A model generated the notes under the pieces. The model had not been told where the DNA came from, did no database searches, and saw only the letters and a list, made by a program, of their open reading frames with translations. A program made the position numbers and the translations under genes. This document shows, one piece after another, positions 8,567 to 15,601 of a stretch of 64,000 bases of DNA. The first letter of the stretch is position 1; the number at the start of each line of letters is the position of its first letter. The DNA lies in the IMG/VR virus record IMGVR_UViG_3300019458_000003, positions 1 to 64,000 of that record; one strand, written 5' to 3'. Origin of the DNA: a virus.

Positions 8567-9931
8567 TCAAACCGGCTCTATTCCACCAATGCTAGCTCCG
8601 GGACCTTTTCCGGAAGAATCGCCGGATATTGAGGTCGCCTGTCGTGTGCCTTTTAGTCCAGTAATAATGGGAGACACGTTTTCAACCATATTGCTATTGG
8701 GGTTAATGTAATCCTTTTCCTCGATAAAGGGCTTTACGTTTTTGGGGTCGCGGATAGGAGGGCTAGCAACAGCCATGTCTTCCCTAACTAGATCATCTTT
8801 TCTAAGCTTAGCTCCCATGTTGCGGAGGTCATCGATCGACTTTCTATTCATGTGTTTAAATGCCTCTACCTGAGCAAGACGCTTCTTTGCCTCGGCCTCG
8901 CTGCCATAGGTGCCCATGGGCTTACCGTCTTCAGAGTAGACTGTCCACTTGCTGCCCTCATGACGGATGTATTTGGTAATATCGCCAGAATCAGTGATCT
9001 TCTTTCGATGAGCACCTTTCCATCCGTCGAATTGGTCATTAATCTGTTTCATTTCGGCTGAACGGTATATGCGAGTATCTAGGGTGTCTAAGTCAACCTC
9101 CATCTCTTCTGCGATGGTACGAGCGTCTTTGTCAGTTTCCAGACCTTCCTCGCGCATAATTCTACCGGCTTCGAATAACGCCTCGGAAGTCTCTGGATAT
9201 CCGTGATCTTCCATTTTACGACCAAGATTCATAACCGCATCTTTAGCAGCTACCCCTCGATTATGTAGAAGTTGAGAAAAGCCACCATTTAAAACCTGCC
9301 CCCAGGTGTCTGCGTTACGCTCATCTAAAGTGCGGTGTAATTGACCCCGCATACTCGTAGCCTCACCTGACGTGGATTCCCCACCCGTCTCACCCCCACC
9401 GGATGTGAATTTGCCGTCGGCTCCGCGCGGGTGCTTAGATTCGTCAAATTCCTTAAATTCCTTGGATATATCGCCAGATATGGTAGATTTCTCCTTTTCA
9501 CCACGCAGCTTATCTTCCTCTCTATTAAAATCAACATTGGCTAGTAAGATGGGATTGTTACTATCCCAATTACCTATCTCCTTGATGGCTGCTCTAGCTG
9601 ATGCTTCGTAATCGATTTCTCCATCGGGGTCTTTGATTAAATCTTTTCCAGCATCATGCAGAACACTCTCTGTAAAGTCAATATCCCCGTCCCTCACAGC
9701 TTGCATGGCATCATCAAGGGCTTTTACCCGTTCGGCTGCACTAGGCTCTTTCCCCTTTCCTTCTTGTCCACCGCCGCCCCCTCCACTTGTGAATCTTCCT
9801 GACTCATCTCTAGGATGTTGGCTCTCATCGAATTCGGCCTTGGATAGTTTTGCCAGGTTACCCATATTGAAGATAAGCGCCCGGAGATGGTCTAATGACT
9901 TAAGCATATTGGGGTCGTTAAGATTGCTCAT
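8567..9931 (-). CDS. Putative virion or head-morphogenesis protein with duplicated HPR-G-F-TSGGG motif
   Basis: 454 aa with FDESQHPRDESGRFTSGGGGGG and FDESKHPRGADGKFTSGGGETGG. I associate HPRxxxG(R/K)F motifs with phage minor head or MuF-like proteins; this is recall only. Confidence 0.45.
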   Translation of the reverse strand: MSNLNDPNMLKSLDHLRALIFNMGNLAKLSKAEFDESQHPRDESGRFTSGGGGGGQEGKGKEPSAAERVKALDDAMQAVRDGDIDFTESVLHDAGKDLIKDPDGEIDYEASARAAIKEIGNWDSNNPILLANVDFNREEDKLRGEKEKSTISGDISKEFKEFDESKHPRGADGKFTSGGGETGGESTSGEATSMRGQLHRTLDERNADTWGQVLNGGFSQLLHNRGVAAKDAVMNLGRKMEDHGYPETSEALFEAGRIMREEGLETDKDARTIAEEMEVDLDTLDTRIYRSAEMKQINDQFDGWKGAHRKKITDSGDITKYIRHEGSKWTVYSEDGKPMGTYGSEAEAKKRLAQVEAFKHMNRKSIDDLRNMGAKLRKDDLVREDMAVASPPIRDPKNVKPFIEEKDYINPNSNMVENVSPIITGLKGTRQATSISGDSSGKGPGASIGGIEPV

Positions 9932-10284
9932 TTCTGCGTCTGCTTCCTTGAGAATCTTCGCGATTTCCGATTATCGGGACGGCTAGTTTTCTCTCCGCGC
10001 CATTGCTCGGAAGATCGTATATTCTCTTTCACTTTAACGGCACGAGATCTCCAATGTCCGTACTTCCTCATCAATTTGCTAACGTAGTCTATTAAACATT
10101 TATCCGAGCACAAGTGGCTCGGTCCATCGATAGAGTCCGCCGGATGCCCATATGGGAAATATGCTTGAATAGGAGATCCCGCTACTTCTTTAAGACAATG
10201 ATCACAAACATGTCCGTCTAATTCATTGGGATTAACGGCCTTTTTTATCATCCTCAAATTTTCCCCCGCTGACTTATTGCCCAT
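9928..10284 (-). CDS. Hypothetical Cys/His-rich basic protein
   Basis: 118 aa. The start is ambiguous: 10284, or the ATG at 10251. Confidence 0.45.
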   Translation of the reverse strand: MGNKSAGENLRMIKKAVNPNELDGHVCDHCLKEVAGSPIQAYFPYGHPADSIDGPSHLCSDKCLIDYVSKLMRKYGHWRSRAVKVKENIRSSEQWRGEKTSRPDNRKSRRFSRKQTQK

Positions 10285-10460
10285 TTTTCTTGTGCTGTCA
10301 ATACGGCACTGTCAGTAATCGTAAGAACCATTTCCATCGTAGTAGGGATGCCATATCCAGCGGATACACGAAAGCAGGATACCACTACATTTATACTATC
10401 AGAGTATCCTGATTGGATCAACGCTTCTGCCAAGTTCTGCTCTAACGATTTTGCATTCAT
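10254..10460 (-). CDS. Hypothetical protein
   Basis: ORF track, 68 aa, 4-nt overlap with the upstream gene. Confidence 0.4.
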   Translation of the reverse strand: MNAKSLEQNLAEALIQSGYSDSINVVVSCFRVSAGYGIPTTMEMVLTITDSAVLTAQEKWAISQRGKI

Positions 10461-10594
10461 GTCTCATCCAAATCTGCTTCAGTAATGTTTATAATTCCTA
10501 TTGGTACATCATTCACAAAAACTACGGCAGAGAAGTCAGACAACATTTCTAGATGAGCACGAACTCGTAAAGTAGTCTTAACCATGGTCTCCAT
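10457..10594 (-). CDS. Hypothetical protein
   Basis: Track ORF 10457..10687 shortened to the METMVKTT start, because the longer form lies inside the better-supported 10578..11042 gene. Confidence 0.3.
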   Translation of the reverse strand: METMVKTTLRVRAHLEMLSDFSAVVFVNDVPIGIINITEADLDET

Positions 10595-11042
10595 AGTCTT
10601 CCCAAAATGAGTTAAGAGTGATGCAATCTTCGCACAATGTCTTAACCCAATGCTTGCCACGAAGTTTAACGTCTTGTGTGGATCCACAATTCTCGCAGAT
10701 TCGGGCAGACATACTCTGAGCTAAACGAATCATACCTTCCTGCACACTAAGCTGATCTCCTATGGCTCGATTAGCAAGTTGGTCTTGCCATTCTACATGG
10801 ATCGGAGCGATATAGAATCGCAGAGTTCCGAACTTTTCTTTTACACAGGTGGCAACCGCCTGAGGATATTGGTTATGGTCTATATCCCATTGAAGTGAAG
10901 CGCAAAGTTGGTCGATCAACCAGTACCAACCATCATCACATTGGAAACCCCAACACATATTGGTTTCCATTTCTCCGAGATTTCGTTGAGCAAAAATCTT
11001 TGGGTATTCTTCAACCAATTGCCTATCGAGTTGACCATTCAT
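10578..11042 (-). CDS. Conserved phage hypothetical protein (Cys-rich)
   Basis: Start moved to the ATG at 11042 (MNGQLDRQLVEEYPKIF), which has GAGGTGA upstream. YPKIF...CWGFQCDDGWYWLIDQLC resembles a recurrent phage family whose name I cannot recall. Confidence 0.5.
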   Translation of the reverse strand: MNGQLDRQLVEEYPKIFAQRNLGEMETNMCWGFQCDDGWYWLIDQLCASLQWDIDHNQYPQAVATCVKEKFGTLRFYIAPIHVEWQDQLANRAIGDQLSVQEGMIRLAQSMSARICENCGSTQDVKLRGKHWVKTLCEDCITLNSFWEDYGDHG

Positions 11043-11415
11043 CGGATTCACCTCGTGGTTCACTTTCACGAACTTCGCCGGAGCCACCACAAAATGGACA
11101 TTCAACCATATCTGTCTCATACTCTTCAGGTCTAAAGCTCAATAGGTCGCGGCCAACTTCGGTTTTGCTCCAGTCATCATTTACACGCAACCGAAATCCA
11201 ATTCCAAGTATAATGATTTCAAGCTCGAATCCAGGTAACACGATGTCTCTCATTACGTGAAACTGAACGAAGTTAAAGTCGATCCAGTTCCATCTGCCTA
11301 ACATTTGCTCCCACTGACAGATTGAGTGCAGAAGCCAGTTTCCCTTACCAAGTTTTCCTTCCATCTCGATAAAGCCGGATTGGTCTTCGTTTTTATAGCC
11401 AAATTTTACGTCCAT
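11023..11415 (-). CDS. Hypothetical protein (MDVK N-terminus, C-terminal CPFCGG)
   Basis: 130 aa. It starts ATGGACGTAAAA, sharing GGACGTAAAA with the starts at 36288 and 36967. Confidence 0.5.
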   Translation of the reverse strand: MDVKFGYKNEDQSGFIEMEGKLGKGNWLLHSICQWEQMLGRWNWIDFNFVQFHVMRDIVLPGFELEIIILGIGFRLRVNDDWSKTEVGRDLLSFRPEEYETDMVECPFCGGSGEVRESEPRGESDEWSTR

Positions 11416-11515
11416 TCTTTTCTTATCCTCTGATAGTACCAGATAATTAATAGTGCGGGTTATCTCCCGCTTTCCTCCGCAAGAGGCAGCTGATTTGTGC
11501 TCCTATTGCTTGCGG

Positions 11516-11692
11516 CTAGGAGGCTTTTGTCAGCTCTTTGATTTGCCGGTATTCACCGGCTATTAAATATTCATGTGTTGCAGAGTCATCAAGCGTTTGA
11601 ACGGTTAACGCTGAACCACCCACCACAGGGGCACCATTAATCTCCAATCCTTGGGCATTTAGAGTGCCAGTTACTTCTACATTACCGGGCAA
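11516..11692 (-). CDS. Orphan coding-like segment (58 aa from TTG), a possible 3' exon or small gene
   Basis: Hand translation: (KDIAKTGISST)LPGNVEVTGTLNAQGLEINGAPVVGGSALTVQTLDDSATHEYLIAGEYRQIKELTKAS. It has no ATG or GTG start and lies directly after the group I-like core. Hairpins CCGCAAG..CTTGCGG and GCGGG..CCCGC follow it. Confidence 0.3.
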   Translation of the reverse strand: MPGNVEVTGTLNAQGLEINGAPVVGGSALTVQTLDDSATHEYLIAGEYRQIKELTKAS

Positions 11693-11699
11693 AGTGGAG

Positions 11700-11975
11700 C
11701 TTATCCCTGTTTTAGCTATATCTTTTCAGATCGAGCAATATGAAACTCGATGCTATTGGTTAGTGGGGATTTTACCCCGATTCCATTATGCCGTTTAGGC
11801 ACCCTAGTCACGGTTAACCAATCGCTTATAGGTTCAGAGTCTCAAAGCCAGCAATTTGACAATCTAGCGTCGGCACTATTTTAAGGGGTATCCCACCGAT
11901 ATTCTACTCACATTAAGTGAGGCACTAAGCGCATTGTCAAAGCCTCTCGCTACTGTTTCTATCAATTCTATTAAT
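11700..11975 (-). ncRNA. Candidate group I intron-like ribozyme core
   Basis: The minus strand has no ORF here. GUCAAAUUGC (11851-11860) equals the Tetrahymena P3/J3-4/P4 decamer as I recall it. AAGAUAUAGC (11715-11724) resembles J8/7-P7 AAGAUAUAGUC. A P8-like hairpin AUCGAG/CUCGAU (11730-11751) sits directly between CAAUAGC (11752-11758, which pairs with GCUA[GA]UUG at 11860-11868 as P3) and the J8/7 motif. A GGGG/CCCC hairpin could be P6. Confidence 0.45.
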
Positions 11976-12130
11976 CAATTATCACACGATCCACCAAGAC
12001 AATCAAAAAGATTGTGTTCGGGAATATTCTTATGTGCATTCATTCTATCTGTTGCATTCTTAGTCTTACACGCATCTGTCGGAGTAGCTAAACATTCAAA
12101 CAAGTTTTCATGTTCACACAAAATATTCAT
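11975..12130 (-). CDS. Small Cys-rich protein (51 aa, below cutoff)
   Basis: Hand translation: MNILCEHENLFECLATPTDACKTKNATDRMNAHKNIPEHNLFDCLGGSCDN. GGAG lies 7 nt upstream of the ATG at 12130. Confidence 0.4.
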   Translation of the reverse strand: MNILCEHENLFECLATPTDACKTKNATDRMNAHKNIPEHNLFDCLGGSCDN

Positions 12131-12163
12131 TTCCGTTCTCCTAATACTATTCCTCTAATGCAC

Positions 12164-12457
12164 TTATCTATAGCTAAACCCGATTTTCTCTAAAGTTTTG
12201 CCTTCATCATTACAGATATAAGCAAAGGTATTGAAGATGAAAACGTGCGGCAAATGTTGACCATCCTCTGGATTCTTGCAGTATGCCCGCACCACTTGAA
12301 ATTTATCTTTGTCTTTACCTGACGTTAAAACCAATGCCGCTCCGATGTCACGAACAGTTTGTTCTGGACAATCAACTGTCTTTCCAAAATCAACCTCTGA
12401 AAGATCGTCGAACATATACCATTGCTTTTCTGCGTCATCCCAAATCTTTAGAATCAT
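12164..12457 (-). CDS. Hypothetical protein
   Basis: 97 aa with a strong SD (AGGGAGATAAAAATG). Confidence 0.55.
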   Translation of the reverse strand: MILKIWDDAEKQWYMFDDLSEVDFGKTVDCPEQTVRDIGAALVLTSGKDKDKFQVVRAYCKNPEDGQHLPHVFIFNTFAYICNDEGKTLEKIGFSYR

Positions 12458-12479
12458 TTTTATCTCCCTATTTGTTTAC

Positions 12480-12722
12480 CTGTCTAGGTCTTTCGACCGC
12501 CCACCAGATCGAGCGGGAATCCCCACTCCGTTTGGCCGTACCATTTCAGGGCGAGCACTCGCGGCCTACACCATGAGGTTGGAGATGTAGGACGTTGCTC
12601 TGGTACTGTTCCTAACTCACTCTGTCAGCATTAGTAGACTTCAAGGAAGTCATCCCTGGAATACCATTACCGGCTGACTAGCCGCTCTCAGTCACCAGCC
12701 TACTACTTATGAGTTCAGACAG
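12480..12722 (-). ncRNA. Densely structured non-coding RNA element (unknown class)
   Basis: No ORF on the minus strand. Helices found by eye: closing CUGUCU (12717-12722) / AGACAG (12480-12485); GGC-UGACU/AGUCA-GCC; GGUAUUCC/GGAA(CAG)UACC enclosing GACUUC-CUU-GAAGUC; CCUACA/UGUAGG; GGCCG/CGGCC enclosing GCGA-GUGC-UCGC; GAGUGGG-GAUU-CCCGCUC; GGUC-GAAA-GACC (a GNRA loop). Confidence 0.45.
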
Positions 12723-12732
12723 ATAATTCTTA

Positions 12733-13419
12733 TTACGCTGCGCGGGTCACGAGCTTCCACACTGGAGAAGCCTTCGTGCCAGCATTAATATAAAGATTTC
12801 CTGCTGTTCGGTCGATATATTGAGAACCGATTTCAGCGAAAGTAGCGCCGCTACCCGCAACACCATCTGTTGGAGCACCTGCGCCATTAAGGATGCACAC
12901 CTCGCCGGACATGCGGATGTCGGCCTTCAGAATTGCCAACGCGTTGTATCCATCGTGCGCCGCGCCATGCAAGTCCACACCGAAGTCGAAACCAGAACCT
13001 ACCGTGCTGTTGTTAGACATCGCCTTGAAAGCAGCATTCGCCTTGGTCACACCTGAATCACCATCGATCACCGCAACCACCGCGCCATCAGCGTCAGTCA
13101 CCGTGTCCATGATAATCGCTAGAACCGCACCAACCGGGTAGGTCGAAGGATTCACACCTGTGACACTAAGAGCACCGATAACGCCTGCAATATAATTAGC
13201 GTCCTTTGTCAGGTCTTCTCCGAGGATGTTCCCCATAGCTGCCGCAAGGAAAGAAGGATCACTACCATCCGCGCTACCAGCATCTGCACCGAGCGTTAGA
13301 TCCGGAGCTACCGGCTGAAATGAATTTACGGCCTCATAGATCGGGAGGCCATTTAATACGCGACGAACGACGAGCCTGTCCGTGCGGAGTTCTGTACCAC
13401 GTTCAACTGGAAGGGCCAT
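12733..13419 (-). CDS. Ala/Gly/Asp-rich virion structural protein (family not recognised)
   Basis: 228 aa with a strong SD (AAAAGGAGAATAGACAATAAATG). The C-terminal GSQYIDRTAGNLYINAGTKASPVWKLV motif resembles motifs seen in phage structural or fibre proteins. Noticeably GC-richer than its neighbours by eye. Confidence 0.5.
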   Translation of the reverse strand: MALPVERGTELRTDRLVVRRVLNGLPIYEAVNSFQPVAPDLTLGADAGSADGSDPSFLAAAMGNILGEDLTKDANYIAGVIGALSVTGVNPSTYPVGAVLAIIMDTVTDADGAVVAVIDGDSGVTKANAAFKAMSNNSTVGSGFDFGVDLHGAAHDGYNALAILKADIRMSGEVCILNGAGAPTDGVAGSGATFAEIGSQYIDRTAGNLYINAGTKASPVWKLVTRAA

Positions 13420-13563
13420 TTATTGTCTATTCTCCTTTTATCTAATGTTTTCGTCTTTATAGACTGCTTGAATACTCACGAAGCTTGCGCCCCCAGCGAG
13501 TGAGCAATTTTGAAAGTCGATTAAATCTTTCGAAGAGCTTCCATTTAACGTCTTCTCCTCGCT

Positions 13564-13809
13564 TCAATATTTTTGCTTTCTCCCCAACTCATTGACGCCC
13601 AAATTTTCTATTCGAACACCGGCTTTAGTTAATATTTCTACGTGTTGCAGCCACATCTGACTTTCTGGATAAATCTTGCGTACTTTCGGAACAAATTTTT
13701 TCTTTTTGTATTCATTCTTAGGAGGTCTATCAAGATCATCTTCCTTAACAAAAGTTGGTCGATGGGGTCGAGCGGGTCCTGACTTAAATGGGGCTCTCTT
13801 CTGATCCAT
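13564..13809 (-). CDS. Hypothetical basic protein
   Basis: ORF track, 81 aa, Lys/Arg/Pro-rich. Confidence 0.45.
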   Translation of the reverse strand: MDQKRAPFKSGPARPHRPTFVKEDDLDRPPKNEYKKKKFVPKVRKIYPESQMWLQHVEILTKAGVRIENLGVNELGRKQKY

Positions 13810-14068
13810 CCATTACCTCTCGCGTTGGCTCACATTGGCAGGTAGAGCAATGTTTGAGATTAGGAGGCGGTCCACATATGAATGGCACTTCCTCTTCTAT
13901 CCGCACTAGTGTACCGTTACAAATCCAAACCCCATCTGAGTCTCTAAAGTTTTCTTGCGATGCTCTAGCTCCCAAAGGAATGGGGCGCAGACATCTCATT
14001 CCAGCTACAATCCCGCATTCATAGTCACATACATTGCACCTGACTCGGTATGGGATAAAACTCATCAC
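13784..14068 (-). CDS. Cys-rich (zinc-ribbon-like) protein
   Basis: 94 aa with CNVCDYEC...CNG...CSTCQC. Confidence 0.45.
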   Translation of the reverse strand: MMSFIPYRVRCNVCDYECGIVAGMRCLRPIPLGARASQENFRDSDGVWICNGTLVRIEEEVPFICGPPPNLKHCSTCQCEPTREVMDGSEESPI

Positions 14069-14136
14069 TTACCCTCCAAGGTTTACCAGCAGGATTATCC
14101 AATCTAATATCCGGTCCAATTCCTCACGCTCACGCC

Positions 14137-14508
14137 TCAATTGCATAAAATCTTTCCCTTGTTTACAATCTCGAATTGAGGATTAACATTTGAATGCGTT
14201 AGGGGTTTGATATTCTCTACATCCATTTGTTCATAGGATGGAAGGAAACCCCAAGGTAAATCCGCGTACTTCACAGTCCTAACATCAAAAATTAGTGTCA
14301 CCGCATCTGCAATAGAACCCTCACTAAATGAGGCAAACCGTACTTGGCAATAAAAATCACTACCATTAAAAAACTGAATAATCTTATCCTCTTCAAGTTT
14401 TACGATATTAGCAAGCGATAATTTCGAACTGATAAGAATCAAGCGCGGCACAGCTACACGAACTTGGGATTGCTCAACCTTCATTTTCGCGAGATATGCA
14501 GCATTCAT
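14137..14508 (-). CDS. Hypothetical protein
   Basis: Track ORF 14137..14532. I prefer the ATG at 14508 (MNAAYLAK), an ATGA overlap with the upstream stop. Confidence 0.45.
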   Translation of the reverse strand: MNAAYLAKMKVEQSQVRVAVPRLILISSKLSLANIVKLEEDKIIQFFNGSDFYCQVRFASFSEGSIADAVTLIFDVRTVKYADLPWGFLPSYEQMDVENIKPLTHSNVNPQFEIVNKGKILCN

Positions 14509-14783
14509 TCGCCCAACTGCTCCCTGAGCCACTTATCCTCGGTACTCTCCGGTTTAGCCTTATCGCCCTGCTTCCACTCTTCGCCCTCGCCCAGAAGGTC
14601 CTTAGCGAATTTACTCGCTTCTTGATTTGCGCGGTTGACAGCCTCCGTTAGGGCCTTAGTCACCAGGAGGATTGTCAGACCGATCCCCGCTACCAGGCCC
14701 AAAGAGAAGCAGGCCGCCACTAAGAGCAGAAGATCATTTAGATTCAGTTGCATTTTGTTTTCGTAGAATAACCAGGACCTCAT
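14505..14783 (-). CDS. Single-pass membrane protein
   Basis: 92 aa with TM LLLLVAACFSLGLVAGIGLTILLV. The start could instead be the ATG at 14753. Confidence 0.45.
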   Translation of the reverse strand: MRSWLFYENKMQLNLNDLLLLVAACFSLGLVAGIGLTILLVTKALTEAVNRANQEASKFAKDLLGEGEEWKQGDKAKPESTEDKWLREQLGE

Positions 14784-14813
14784 GCGCTTCCAGGACCTGG
14801 TATTTGTTCCCCT

Positions 14814-15281
14814 CTACTTCAAGCTCGACAACCAGTCCATGAATCGCCACGCCTGATAAACGATCCCGTATCCAATCTTCTCAATGACGTAGACCCAATC
14901 CCGGCGGTAGCTCAACGCGAATGTCAACCAAATCCCGTAATGTTCATAATCAGTATCACATTGGTCAACCACCCGGCTCAGAGGAATAACCACTCTCGGA
15001 CTTCGGGCCGGGTTCTTCCTGACCGTGATCAGAACCTCGGTAGTGGGGATTCTCGCCAACCGCTCCGTGACTTCAACCCTTAGCACCCTGGGGAGTCCTC
15101 GGAATCTGGCTTTTATATCCTTAATCCCCTCCGATGTCAAAGTGACATCAGGTTTTGCATTACGATCCACGCGCACAAGCGGAATTGTTTCTAGATATTC
15201 GTAATTCCGTTCGCTCATCCACGTCAGAAATTCCTCGCCGTCCTGATACCGGGTCTTTATAATCTCCCTCTTCGGTAGCAT
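14814..15281 (-). CDS. Hypothetical protein
   Basis: ORF track, 155 aa, SD AAGGAGTAAGGATG. Confidence 0.5.
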   Translation of the reverse strand: MLPKREIIKTRYQDGEEFLTWMSERNYEYLETIPLVRVDRNAKPDVTLTSEGIKDIKARFRGLPRVLRVEVTERLARIPTTEVLITVRKNPARSPRVVIPLSRVVDQCDTDYEHYGIWLTFALSYRRDWVYVIEKIGYGIVYQAWRFMDWLSSLK

Positions 15282-15379
15282 CCTTACTCCTTGTTCTTAA
15301 TGCGCGTTGTCGGCCCCTTCCAGCAGTACTAGGGCTACTCTCATTCTATAATCCTCCACTTTCCCTACCGAGTGCTACC

Positions 15380-15592
15380 CTATTCTTTGGTTTCTATCCG
15401 AATCGTAGGACCCTTGAAAAATTCTGTCTGCTGTTCCTGCCCGCAATCATCACAATGATCTATCTGTACTTCAATCCCTGAGGCATATACACGGATAGTC
15501 GTGTTAATAGAGCCTCTTATTGCGTTGCATCGCTCGCAATAAAAGCCTCTGGATGAAATAGAATAGGTTCTTACACATTTATCTTGACCCAT
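15380..15592 (-). CDS. Zinc-ribbon protein
   Basis: 70 aa with CERCNA...CDDCG. Confidence 0.45.
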   Translation of the reverse strand: MGQDKCVRTYSISSRGFYCERCNAIRGSINTTIRVYASGIEVQIDHCDDCGQEQQTEFFKGPTIRIETKE

Positions 15593-15601
15593 GGTAATAT
15601 G

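Noticed and set aside
11851-11940. TTGACA hexamers inside the non-coding region (minus-strand TTGACAATGCGC at about 11930-11940; plus-strand ttgaca at 11855-11860), considered as promoters.
   Set aside because: No acceptable -10 lies at 16-19 nt from either: the best is TTAATG. The second hexamer is part of the J3/4-like GUCAAAUUGC motif on the opposite strand.
12468-12543. Possible tRNA on the plus strand ending in ...GGCCGTACCA, near a GGGAATCCCC-like segment.
   Set aside because: I could not build a cloverleaf. The candidate T-arm has a 4-nt loop on the opposite strand (GAGUGGG-GAUU-CCCGCUC), and no acceptor, D or anticodon stems pair. The CCA is probably coincidental and lies inside the structured element 12480..12722.
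12480-12722. Hammerhead-type self-cleaving ribozyme, suggested by CGAAA in GGUCGAAAGACC and CUGA in GCUGACAGAG.
   Set aside because: The conserved CUGAUGA box is absent, and the spacing and stem arrangement do not fit. GGUC-GAAA-GACC is simply a GNRA hairpin.
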